Assembly (NCBI GenBank): GCA_048941285.1
Contig: JBHLNS010000008.1
Coordinates: 37,361 to 101,360, forward strand
Length of the DNA: 64,000 bases
Source: Promethearchaeota archaeon
GTDB lineage: Archaea > Asgardarchaeota > Lokiarchaeia > Sigyniarchaeales > SOKP01
Direction: 5' to 3'
Shown here: positions 38,710-48,428 of the stretch, in pieces
Layout: each line of letters begins with the position of its first letter
How positions within the stretch are numbered: the first letter of the stretch is position 1
Notes under the pieces: model-generated
The model's input: only the letters and a program-made list of their open reading frames with translations
Database searches by the model: none
Told to the model about the DNA's origin: nothing
Made by a program: the position numbers and the translations under genes

Positions 38710-40329
38710 ATGTCTGAGGAATTTAAAAAAACTAGAAATGACGATGATTCTAAAAAAAAAAATTTAGAAACTAATTCAGAAAAACAAAAAATTGAAGAAG
38801 AGAAGCAAATAGAAAAAATAAGTAAACCCGTTGTTATCAGAGCAGATGCTTATAAGACAATAATTCTATACGCAAGTAGATATGCAAATAAATCAATTCT
38901 ACCTGAAGAGTGGAAAGAAATATATGGAATTTTGATTGGTAAAGCTGATGGGGAATTAGTCTATGTAGAAAGTGCTGAAGCTTTAACATTTGGGCATGCT
39001 ACAGATGTCCAATTAGATGAAAGGCATTATGGATTTATTGAGGAAATACAAGAAAAACTAGATAAAGAAGGAAAAAAGTATTATATGGTAGGGTGGTTCC
39101 ATAGTCATCCAGGTTTGAATTTATTTTTTTCCTACATAGATATAATTAACCAATTAGGTTTTCAACAAAATAATAATGATTTTTGTGGGTTAGTCTTTGA
39201 TCACACACTATTAGGAAATAAAAAAGAAGAAATCCAAAAAAGGGAAGATGGTTCTGAATATACTATGACTAAGTATGATACCGGCTTTGAGATATATAGA
39301 ATAACCAATGTCGATATGGACATTAATGATCCAGAATTTGATAATAATTATCATAAAGTAGATTACGTAATAGATGGATTAAATAAATATTTTTTCGCAA
39401 ATGTTTTATCTGAGCTATCTGCTTTAGTGACTGAAGGAAAACCTTTACAATCTGCTTATAAAGAAGAATTTGCATTAGATAAAAATACTCAAGCACCATC
39501 AAGTGAAAGAATATTGGAAAGAGAACAGAATTATCATTATACATCGAATCAAAGTGATTTTTCGAATAAAGATTTATTAACTGAAATTCCTATGACCGAA
39601 GATATTGCATTTGGGGTCGATGATTTTTTTTATGAAGGCACAGCAGAGAGAAAAAAACAAAGAGAGAAAAATAAAAAAGAAGAAGCTGAAGAATTGATTT
39701 ATGAAGGAAATTTAGCTTTTAAAAAAAAAGATGCTATTACTGGAGTTGAAAAATTCAGACAAGGGATTGAGAAGTATAGAGAAATTGGAGATTTTGAGAG
39801 AGTTCTAGAATTATTAAGAACAGTTACTCAAATATGTATTTCTAATGAACATCTACCTATTGCTGAGGAATTTGCTGACGATTTATTTAAACTCGCTAAA
39901 AAGCAAAACCAGCGATTTTATTTAGGAGTTGCATATTATATTAAAGGATATTTACTATTAAAAATGGGAGATAATGAGGTTTTAGAAGAAGCGTTACATA
40001 AAATTCAAGATGCTGCTATAAATTTTGAAAGAGAAAGCGATTTTGCTGGCGCAGGAATGTGTTTTAATAAGATTGGCTCAATTTATCAATCGCGACTTAA
40101 TAAATTAGAAAATGCTTGTCTTTTTTATAGAGCAGCAATAGAAAATTTTAATAAAGCTATTTTAAAAACTCATCCATTAAGAACCGATTTTTGGAATAAA
40201 CCAGAATTGCTTACTCAAAAAGTAGTAGAATTACGAGATATAGTTGAGGAGCTTTTGCCTAATTTAGAAAATGTTGATTTAAGGAAAAAAATAATTAAGG
40301 ATCTCAAAAATCTACGTTTTAATTTTTAG
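38710..40329 (+). CDS. MPN+/JAMM metalloprotease (Rpn11/CSN5-like) fused to a TPR-like helical domain
   Basis: EIYGILIG and GWFHSHPGLNLFFSYID (complete E...HxH-x7-S-x2-D); C-terminal helical repeats such as AGMCFNKIGSIY and ACLFYRAAIE. Confidence 0.88.
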   Translation: MSEEFKKTRNDDDSKKKNLETNSEKQKIEEEKQIEKISKPVVIRADAYKTIILYASRYANKSILPEEWKEIYGILIGKADGELVYVESAEALTFGHATDVQLDERHYGFIEEIQEKLDKEGKKYYMVGWFHSHPGLNLFFSYIDIINQLGFQQNNNDFCGLVFDHTLLGNKKEEIQKREDGSEYTMTKYDTGFEIYRITNVDMDINDPEFDNNYHKVDYVIDGLNKYFFANVLSELSALVTEGKPLQSAYKEEFALDKNTQAPSSERILEREQNYHYTSNQSDFSNKDLLTEIPMTEDIAFGVDDFFYEGTAERKKQREKNKKEEAEELIYEGNLAFKKKDAITGVEKFRQGIEKYREIGDFERVLELLRTVTQICISNEHLPIAEEFADDLFKLAKKQNQRFYLGVAYYIKGYLLLKMGDNEVLEEALHKIQDAAINFERESDFAGAGMCFNKIGSIYQSRLNKLENACLFYRAAIENFNKAILKTHPLRTDFWNKPELLTQKVVELRDIVEELLPNLENVDLRKKIIKDLKNLRFNF

Positions 40330-40428
40330 ACTAAATTTTTGAAAAAAACTATTTTCTTAATCTGCAATCCAAAAAAATTAAATTTTAGGAAAGACTATTT
40401 TACTTACTTCTTTTAGTGATTTTGAATT

Positions 40429-41112
40429 ATGCCCAGACGAAAACAAAAAATAAAATATTCAAGAAAAATTGCGTGTAAAAATCTCGAGCCAAAAGGTAAT
40501 ATAAGTAATAGCCTTCAATCTTTGTGTTATTGTAACGCCAGAGAACTCATTTTAGGCTCTCGTGCTTATGTTTGCCAAGTATGTGAATTATATGACACAG
40601 GTAAAAATAATAGGCGTTTTTCTGAAGTATATGAAGAGAGTAAAAGGATTGCGGAAAAGAAAATTAAAGAAAAAGAAATTAAATTAGAAGAATTTGAAAT
40701 TGCTGAAATAACGTCCGAGGATGAAATTGATTTATCGATTGATGAGTTTGAAGAAGAAGATGAAGAAGCACCTTTAAAATTTGAGAGAAGAAAAGCTGGA
40801 AAAGCTGGTTTAGAAGACTCAGAAGAACTAGAGGGATCTACAGAATGTCCCTTCTGCGGTGATTTCTTTGTCGATTTAGCATCACACATTCAAAATTGTG
40901 AGTTTGCACCTGATGATGCTAGTGTAGAGGATATTATGCCTTCAAAACCAAAAAAAAAAAAGAAGAAAGTAAGTACTGAATCAGAAGGAAAATCTACCGA
41001 ATCTACTGATAAAAAGAAATGTCCTTACTGTGGAAAGGAATTTGTTCGACTTGGTCGCCATATAAGTTCTTGTTCAAAAAAGCCTGCTGATGCAGAAATT
41101 GATGAGGAATAA
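40429..41112 (+). CDS. Acidic protein with two C2HC zinc fingers and an N-terminal cysteine cluster
   Basis: CPFCGDFFVDLASHIQNC and CPYCGKEFVRLGRHISSC; acidic linker; KPKKKKKK basic tract. Confidence 0.75.
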   Translation: MPRRKQKIKYSRKIACKNLEPKGNISNSLQSLCYCNARELILGSRAYVCQVCELYDTGKNNRRFSEVYEESKRIAEKKIKEKEIKLEEFEIAEITSEDEIDLSIDEFEEEDEEAPLKFERRKAGKAGLEDSEELEGSTECPFCGDFFVDLASHIQNCEFAPDDASVEDIMPSKPKKKKKKVSTESEGKSTESTDKKKCPYCGKEFVRLGRHISSCSKKPADAEIDEE

Positions 41113-41149
41113 AATCTACTAAAATATTATAGCGCTTTTTTATTTAATA

Positions 41150-42076
41150 ATGAAAAACAAGGAAGAAACCATCTACCTTTGTCATCCTGTTTTTAGACCG
41201 CCATCCGAAGCTTATTCTTTATTAATTCAATTAACTGAGGGTTGTACATTTAAATGCGACTTCTGTATGTCAAATCTTCGTAAAAATTTTTTAGTGAGAG
41301 ATATAAAATTAGTTAAAAAAGATTTGGACGTTGCTAGGAAGCAATATGGATCAAACATAAGAAAAATTTTTTTCTTAAATGGAAATGCCATGGTTACGCC
41401 TACAGATAAGTTATTAGAAGTAATCAAATATGCATTTTCACTTTTTCCTCATTTAGAAAGGTGCGGAGTTTATGCTCATTCTAAAGATATACTTAAAAAA
41501 TCAGAAGAACAGTTAAAAATGTTATATGATGCGGGCCTTAAAATTGCTTATGTTGGTTTTGAGTCTGGTTCTGATAATTTACTTGAAATGGTACATAAGC
41601 AAGCTAATAAATTAGATCATATTAATGCATCAAAAAAATTGATGAAAGCGGGAATAACTTTATCAGCAACATTAATAAATGGACTTGGTGGTGGAGATAA
41701 TCCCGAAATTTCAAAAGAGCATGCTTTAGAATCAGCTGATTTAATTAATAAAATATGTCCTGATGATAATAGGACTTGGTATATCGCATTTCTTACACTC
41801 ATGGTTCCTACAGGGACTGAAATCTTTAAGAAAAAGGTCAGTGGAAAGTTTGTAGAAATGAAATCAATGGATATCCTTCAAGAATTAAAAACTTTTATAA
41901 GTCACATTAATTTTCAAAATAAAGATGCTAATTGTATCTTCCGAAGTAATCACGCATCAAATTATTTGCCCATTAAGGGAATTTTAGATCGAGAAAAAGA
42001 AAATATCTTAAGTACCATAAATTATGGAATAACACATAAAGGAATTTTAAGACCAGAGTTTTATAGAGGATTATAA
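41150..42076 (+). CDS. Radical SAM protein (paralog of 29453-30361)
   Basis: FRPPSEA, CTFKCDFC, YVGFESG, HASNY. Confidence 0.88.
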   Translation: MKNKEETIYLCHPVFRPPSEAYSLLIQLTEGCTFKCDFCMSNLRKNFLVRDIKLVKKDLDVARKQYGSNIRKIFFLNGNAMVTPTDKLLEVIKYAFSLFPHLERCGVYAHSKDILKKSEEQLKMLYDAGLKIAYVGFESGSDNLLEMVHKQANKLDHINASKKLMKAGITLSATLINGLGGGDNPEISKEHALESADLINKICPDDNRTWYIAFLTLMVPTGTEIFKKKVSGKFVEMKSMDILQELKTFISHINFQNKDANCIFRSNHASNYLPIKGILDREKENILSTINYGITHKGILRPEFYRGL

Positions 42077-42089
42077 ACTATTATAAATT

Positions 42090-42839
42090 TTAAAATCTTG
42101 ATTTTTTAAATATTATTTCTTGAGTTCCAGACTCATAATCTTCTATCGGACTTCTAGGTTGTTCTCTTATAAGATTAATAAAATTCATTAGCTGATTTTG
42201 GTTAATAGCCATCATTTTAGAAAGAAAGGAAATTGGAATTTTATCAAATTGTTTTGAAAATTCGAACAACTTTTCTTTTATTAAATTTTGATAAGTTAAT
42301 AGTATCAGCATCTTCAAATTTGGGAAATTTTCATATTTGATTGCTTTTACAAATTCTAATATCTTATCAGAAGCATCATAGTAATTTAGGACTTTATAGC
42401 AACTTAAAATTTCATACATTTTTTTAATAAATTTGAAATATTTATTAATCTTAATACTAATATCTCTTAAATTATATTTATCAATTTTTTGGTCAATATC
42501 ATTTTTTAACATGGCTAATAATTTCGAGAAATTTTCAAGATTAGATTCATTGAGTTTTTCTCTTAATAGATTGTTGAAACGGCGTTCATAAATTGTTCTT
42601 TGATTGAATAATTGTGTTCTTACTTGATTAGTTAATTCATTAAATTCTATTAGTTCTTTTTTAATATTATAAACTTCTTGGTGTTCTTCAAGTAATACTA
42701 ATGCAGATCTTACTTTTTCTAAAGCAGAATTATAATCCCCATCATTTACTTTCTTTATAATGAGAGATTTATAAAAATCTAATTCATGTACAAGATCCTT
42801 TTTGTTTTTAAAATTTTCAATATTGTAATTGGTACCCAT
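42090..42839 (-). CDS. Helical protein with possible C-terminal PCI-like winged helix
   Basis: Helical repeats followed by FSKQFDKIPISFLSKMM...QEIIF, resembling the PCI wH subdomain. Confidence 0.5.
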   Translation of the reverse strand: MGTNYNIENFKNKKDLVHELDFYKSLIIKKVNDGDYNSALEKVRSALVLLEEHQEVYNIKKELIEFNELTNQVRTQLFNQRTIYERRFNNLLREKLNESNLENFSKLLAMLKNDIDQKIDKYNLRDISIKINKYFKFIKKMYEILSCYKVLNYYDASDKILEFVKAIKYENFPNLKMLILLTYQNLIKEKLFEFSKQFDKIPISFLSKMMAINQNQLMNFINLIREQPRSPIEDYESGTQEIIFKKSRF

Positions 42840-42966
42840 ATCCCTTATATTAAAATATCGATATTCTATATTCTTATTTATACCTAATTAGTATAGATAC
42901 AAAATTTAAATTTAATATTATTCATTTACTAAAACATTTAATTGAATATTGGTGAAAATTTTAAGT

Positions 42967-43593
42967 ATGAAAAAAATAACCTTAATTGTTGGTTCTCCCC
43001 GTAAAAACAAAAGTTGTAATTATTTAGTTGATAAAGCAATTGATGGTATTAGAACTATAAACGGAGAATTTAAAGTAGAGAAAATTTTTATTACAGACTA
43101 TAAATTAACCCCTTGTAATGGATGTGATCAATGTCTAAGACCTCCAAATGATTGTCCATTAGCTAAAGATGACGACACATATGATTTAGAAGCTATAATT
43201 TTGGGATCAGATGCCTTAATAATAGCAGCCCCCAATTATTTTGGATCGGTGAGTTCTCAGATTAAAGTCTTAATAGATCGATCTAGGCCGTGGAAAATGA
43301 AGAATTACTTGTTAAAAGATGTAATTTTTGCTCCAATGGCAGCCACTGGTTTAAGAAATGGAGGTGAAGGCGCGATATCTGATTTAATTAATTTTGCTCT
43401 CATTCATGGAATGATTGTTATAGGAAATGCTTTAGGAAGCCCTATAATTGAAGGAAATATCCCAATTACTAGCTTACAAAAACATAAACTAAAGGAATTT
43501 TTAGCAAGAGATGAAGTTGATGAATTAGGAGGTCTGATTGCTAAAGACCTTGGGAAAAGAGTTGCTGAATTTTTACTAAAAATCAATAAATAA
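42967..43593 (+). CDS. Iron-sulfur flavoprotein / flavodoxin-family protein
   Basis: GSPRK, CNGCDQC...C, APNYFG, KVLIDR; ATG at 42967 preferred over TTG at 42949. Confidence 0.88.
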   Translation: MKKITLIVGSPRKNKSCNYLVDKAIDGIRTINGEFKVEKIFITDYKLTPCNGCDQCLRPPNDCPLAKDDDTYDLEAIILGSDALIIAAPNYFGSVSSQIKVLIDRSRPWKMKNYLLKDVIFAPMAATGLRNGGEGAISDLINFALIHGMIVIGNALGSPIIEGNIPITSLQKHKLKEFLARDEVDELGGLIAKDLGKRVAEFLLKINK

Positions 43594-43617
43594 TTAGAAA
43601 GTATGTATAGTACAGTT

Positions 43618-44019
43618 TTAATTACGTGCACCACATAAAGAACACGTTTCAGCATCACCAATAGGATTGCCACAATCTTTACATCGTCTAATCTCATCAA
43701 TAATATCTTTTCCTTCACGTAATTCCATTTTATCTTCAAAATCCTCTACTTTTTCTTTTGAAAAGATACTACCTGGACGATCACCCGGCCAAATTATATT
43801 TATAATCATACCCAATACTATTAAAGCTACACAAATAACTATAAATAAGGTTAAGTCTCCACCTAGATTTTGTTGAAGGAATCCAACTACAACAATAATC
43901 CAATCTTGCATCCACTGTCCAATAGGGGCAAGAATTGGCATTAGAAACGTTAAGATTGCCCCAATAATATCTGCAAGAACTTGATAAAAATCTGTTGTTT
44001 GTAAAATCAATCTTTTCAC
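43618..44019 (-). CDS. Membrane protein with C-terminal zinc ribbon
   Basis: Hydrophobic N-terminal half; CKDCG...CSLCG at the C-terminus. Confidence 0.7.
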   Translation of the reverse strand: MKRLILQTTDFYQVLADIIGAILTFLMPILAPIGQWMQDWIIVVVGFLQQNLGGDLTLFIVICVALIVLGMIINIIWPGDRPGSIFSKEKVEDFEDKMELREGKDIIDEIRRCKDCGNPIGDAETCSLCGARN

Positions 44020-44024
44020 TCCTA

Positions 44025-44504
44025 TTATGCTTTCATTCTATCTTCTCTAATTTTCTCTCTATTAATGGTAAAATCTAATATATCATACACTTTTATAACA
44101 ATTGTAAGAAAATATATTCCCATATATATTAAAACCATCTGTTGAATATCCAAAGAGAAAAATCCAAAACCTGCGATTGTAAACTTTATATCAGTCGCAC
44201 CAGAAAATTTGTAACTCCATATATATAAACAATTAACAATAACTTGAATCAAAGCAAACACAGCTTTTCGGATTGATTTTTTAGGGGATGAGTGTGCGAA
44301 AAAGGCACATCCACAAATAATCAATCCAAATGCAGGTACCCAGAATAATATATTTTGATAATCTTGTTGTTCAAAATCTAATGGAAAACCTTGGATTGTC
44401 AATTGGAAAAACCATGAGAATGTAATTAACGGAATTATGATTGTAATAACGGCATATAAAATGGTGTAAAGAAAACCTCTTAGCATATTTTTAAAAGATC
44501 CCAT
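44025..44504 (-). CDS. Hypothetical 4-TM membrane protein
   Basis: Four hydrophobic segments; GAGGTG ribosome-binding site; tight operon spacing. Confidence 0.7.
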   Translation of the reverse strand: MGSFKNMLRGFLYTILYAVITIIIPLITFSWFFQLTIQGFPLDFEQQDYQNILFWVPAFGLIICGCAFFAHSSPKKSIRKAVFALIQVIVNCLYIWSYKFSGATDIKFTIAGFGFFSLDIQQMVLIYMGIYFLTIVIKVYDILDFTINREKIREDRMKA

Positions 44505-44516
44505 GTTTTACACCTC

Positions 44517-45083
44517 TTAAGGAAATCCTCCTACAGGAATATTAATAAAACCTATTGTTAAAGAATATAATCCTATGGAATAATCTAAACTGATAGTGAA
44601 ATTGGCGATAAATATAACCGCGGGAGGCCCTACAGATTGATCTACATCTGTAGTAAAATTGAATGAAGGGGGAAAATTAAAGTCACTAAAAATTCCAGTA
44701 AAATTGAAGTTTCCTGTTGTACCTTTGGGTATTTTTCCAAAATTTTGGGTTTTATTAAATATTTTAATTACACGTGATTGGTTAACACCTATCACAGGAT
44801 AATCAACGTGACTATAATTCATAGCAAGATCGATTCTTAGTTTAAAATTATCCATATCAAAATACCCTGCATTGGTTAGATTGAATGGTAAAGTGAAGTT
44901 AATATTTAATGAAATAGGATTAAAATTCATATCAATTTCACGAGGATCTATTCCAATATTATCTGGATTTAAAAGAATCATAAATGCAGACATTCCACCA
45001 AGTATAGAAACTATCGTTACTGATAAAGTCAATAAAGATATAAAAATTCTAAATATAGTTCTGAAAACTCGCGAAACTCGCAT
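44517..45083 (-). CDS. N-terminally anchored beta-rich protein (LEA_2/WHy-like)
   Basis: Single TM helix, then LPFNLTNAGYFD-like strand motif and several NxS/T sequons. Confidence 0.55.
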   Translation of the reverse strand: MRVSRVFRTIFRIFISLLTLSVTIVSILGGMSAFMILLNPDNIGIDPREIDMNFNPISLNINFTLPFNLTNAGYFDMDNFKLRIDLAMNYSHVDYPVIGVNQSRVIKIFNKTQNFGKIPKGTTGNFNFTGIFSDFNFPPSFNFTTDVDQSVGPPAVIFIANFTISLDYSIGLYSLTIGFINIPVGGFP

Positions 45084-45417
45084 AATACTTGAAAGCTAAT
45101 GTTTTAATTTAATTTGAAGACTTAAGTTAACTTTTATTAGACTTATTATGCATATAAATTTTATATTTATATTTGTTAACTATTTGAGCTCATTTAAATC
45201 GTATAATTGAATCGGTATTTGGATATTTTGACAAGATTATAAAAAACCAAATCATTTGTAGGATTTTTGTTTTTCAATTTTAGAAAGTTCTCAGTTTTTA
45301 GAAATAAAAATTCTTTATTAATCAGTATAATTGAATTTAAATTTAACAATTAAATAATTAGAATATAGGAAAAATATTTTTTTTTTCAAAAACATTATAA
45401 AAAAAACTGATATAATT

Positions 45418-48267
45418 ATGATTGATTTAGATAACATTCAAGCACACTCAACTAATTACGAAGAAGTAGCTAATAAATTAAATACTTCAGTAGAAACAGG
45501 TATAACTGATAATGAAGCTCAAACCAGACTTGAGAAATATGGAAGAAATGAATTAATTAAAGAAAAGGGTAAAACAGCTTGGCAAATTTTTATAGGACAA
45601 TTTAAAGATTTTCTTATTTATCTTTTAATGTTTGCAATTGCAATCTCAATAGCAATTGGAGTATATGAAACCATTCATAATGGAATTCCTTGGCCTTCAG
45701 AATATACTGATGCTATAGTTATTATAGCAATTTTAATAGTAAATGCTATTTTAGGATTTTATCAAGAGTATCAAGCGGAGAAATCACTTGAAAGTCTTAA
45801 GAAACTTGCACCACATTTTGCTAAAGTTAGAAGGGATGGGAAAGTAATTGAAATTGGTGTAGAGGAGGTTGTGCCTGGAGATATTGCACTTTTTGAACAG
45901 GGAGATAAATTTCCTGCAGATATTAGACTGTATAAAGAATTCTCACTTTATGTTGATGAGGCGATTTTAACTGGAGAATCTAAACCAGTTAAAAAACAAT
46001 TAAAACCTGTTGATAAAAAAATGATTTTGGCCGATAGGACTAATCTAGGTTATATGAATACTATTATAACCAGAGGAAATGGAGAAGGAATTGTTATTGG
46101 GACAGGAATGCGAACAGAGATAGGTAAAATAGCAGAAAGCTTACAAGAAGAAGAAATTGAACTCAGTCCATTTCAAAAAGAGGTAAATAGGTTTGGAAAG
46201 CTTTTAGGAGTAGTAATATTAATAATTTGTGGTATAGTTTTTCTAATAGAACTAATAATTTTATTAGTAACAACATTTAACCTCAATGAACTTATTGAAG
46301 CTTTTGAAATATCAATAAGTTTAGCGGTTTCTGCAGTTCCAGAAGGTTTAATAGTTGTAATTACTGTTGTTATGTCCTTAGGAATGCGCAAGATGGCTGA
46401 TCGTAATGCTTTGGTCCGTAAACTTACTGCAGTCGAAACTTTAGGTAGGGTTAATGTCATTTGCTCGGATAAAACAGGGACATTAACAAAAAACGAAATG
46501 ACGGTTGTAAAAGTTTTTCTTGGAGGAAATGAATATAATGTAGAAGGTGTTGGTTATGCTCTTGAAGGTAAAATTATAGATGAGAAAGGAAAGCAAGTTA
46601 TTGCCACATATGAAAATAATCTTAAAAGATTTCTTGATGTATGTATGTATTGTAATAATTCCAATGTTTCTCTTAGAAATGATGGAACAAGTGATACAGA
46701 TGTGGTTGGAGATCCCACAGAAATTTCTCTAAAAGTTTTGGCAATGAAAATGGAATTAAATACTAAATCAGAGAAAATTTATGAAGTTCCCTTTAGTTCA
46801 GATAGGAAAATGATGTCTGTTGTATCAAAAATTGAGAATCGAAATTATGCTTTAATTAAAGGAGCCCCTGATATTCTATTGAATAAAGCGGGTAAAGCTG
46901 TTATTGATGGGCAAGAGAAATCAATAAATGAAGTAAAAAATATTATATTGAATAAAAATGAGGAATTTGCCAAAAATGCATTGAGAGTCCTTGGTATTGC
47001 TTACAAACCTCTAAATGAAGATTTTACTGAGGAGGAAATAGAAGAAGATTATACATTTCTCGGATTAGCAGGCATTATTGATCCTGCCCGAGATGAAGTT
47101 AAAGATGCAATTGAAGAAGCCAGAATGGCAGGAATTCGTACAATTATGATAACGGGAGATCATAAAATTACTGCTATTGCAATCGCTCAGGAAATTGGAT
47201 TAACAGATTCAAATGAAGCTATTACTGGTTTAGAATTGGAAGAAATGAATAATGATGAACTCCGGGAAAAAGTTAAAACAGTAGACGTTTTTGCGAGAGT
47301 TACATCAGAGCATAAACTCAGAATTCTACGTAGATTGAAAGAATTGGATTTAGTGGTTTCAATGACTGGAGATGGTGTAAATGACGCCCCCGCTGTAAAA
47401 GGTGCACATGTAGGTGTAGCGATGGGTTTAAAAGGCACTGAGGTGACACAAGAAGCTTCAGAAATGATATTGATAGATGATAATTATGCAACAATTGTAA
47501 ATGCAATAGAAGAGGGCCGCGGAATATTCGAAACGACTAAAGGATTTTTCCGATACATGTTAAGTACAAATTTTGATGAAATTTTTTTAATTTTAGTAGC
47601 ATATATCGTACTAAAATTATTACCATTTACATTTTTAGCCATTCCAGTTGCACCAATTCAGATTTTATGGCTCAATATAGCTACCGATGGGATTCCCGCT
47701 ATGGTGCTTGGTTTAACTCCTACGGACCCCGATGTAATGAAAGAAAAACCAAGACAAGGATTTACTTTACTGCCTGAGATTAAAGGGCCAGTTCTTTTGC
47801 TTGGAATATATACTTCGATAACAGATATAACTCTCTATTTACTTTTATGGAGCGTATTAATCCCTGTTTGGACTACAACTGGAATTGACCCAGGACTTGT
47901 AAGTGGAGCAACAATATTTGGTATTACCTATACAGCACAAGAGTACGCAATTTTATTAGCACAAACTATATTATTTACAAATCTAGTTATTTGTGAATTA
48001 ATGTTTGTTTACACGTGTACATCCAACATCAAACCATTTTATTTGTTCCCAAACAAACATTTATTTTGGGCAACTGGACTTTCTTTAGCTCTCCAATTGC
48101 TTATACTTTTTACACCAATGGGAATAGCATTTCATGTTGTACCATTATTCCACCCATATTACTGGATAACCCTTTTCATTGGTGCATTTAGCGTTTCTGT
48201 TGTTGATGAGATTAGAAAGTGGCGATTACGTAGGAAGAAGGGGATGACAATTTGGAATAAATCTTAA
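45418..48267 (+). CDS. P-type IIA (SERCA-like) Ca2+-transporting ATPase
   Basis: TGES, PEGL, DKTGT, KGAP, MITGD, TGDGVND, NFDE, NIATD. Confidence 0.93.
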   Translation: MIDLDNIQAHSTNYEEVANKLNTSVETGITDNEAQTRLEKYGRNELIKEKGKTAWQIFIGQFKDFLIYLLMFAIAISIAIGVYETIHNGIPWPSEYTDAIVIIAILIVNAILGFYQEYQAEKSLESLKKLAPHFAKVRRDGKVIEIGVEEVVPGDIALFEQGDKFPADIRLYKEFSLYVDEAILTGESKPVKKQLKPVDKKMILADRTNLGYMNTIITRGNGEGIVIGTGMRTEIGKIAESLQEEEIELSPFQKEVNRFGKLLGVVILIICGIVFLIELIILLVTTFNLNELIEAFEISISLAVSAVPEGLIVVITVVMSLGMRKMADRNALVRKLTAVETLGRVNVICSDKTGTLTKNEMTVVKVFLGGNEYNVEGVGYALEGKIIDEKGKQVIATYENNLKRFLDVCMYCNNSNVSLRNDGTSDTDVVGDPTEISLKVLAMKMELNTKSEKIYEVPFSSDRKMMSVVSKIENRNYALIKGAPDILLNKAGKAVIDGQEKSINEVKNIILNKNEEFAKNALRVLGIAYKPLNEDFTEEEIEEDYTFLGLAGIIDPARDEVKDAIEEARMAGIRTIMITGDHKITAIAIAQEIGLTDSNEAITGLELEEMNNDELREKVKTVDVFARVTSEHKLRILRRLKELDLVVSMTGDGVNDAPAVKGAHVGVAMGLKGTEVTQEASEMILIDDNYATIVNAIEEGRGIFETTKGFFRYMLSTNFDEIFLILVAYIVLKLLPFTFLAIPVAPIQILWLNIATDGIPAMVLGLTPTDPDVMKEKPRQGFTLLPEIKGPVLLLGIYTSITDITLYLLLWSVLIPVWTTTGIDPGLVSGATIFGITYTAQEYAILLAQTILFTNLVICELMFVYTCTSNIKPFYLFPNKHLFWATGLSLALQLLILFTPMGIAFHVVPLFHPYYWITLFIGAFSVSVVDEIRKWRLRRKKGMTIWNKS

Positions 48268-48428
48268 ATCTTTTCTTCATTCTTAAATATTAAATTTTTT
48301 ATTTTACGTCTTTTTAATTTATTCTTACTTAATTCTTAAATTCTTTTTAATTAATTTTATATCTTTTTTATAATTTAGTTTAATTATTAGAAATGAACGG
48401 TTCAATATCCTAAAACGGTATTTTTATT

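Noticed and set aside
45084-45417. Long intergenic spacer as a possible ncRNA or tRNA
   Set aside because: Very AT-rich with no cloverleaf or GC-rich stems; consistent with a divergent promoter region
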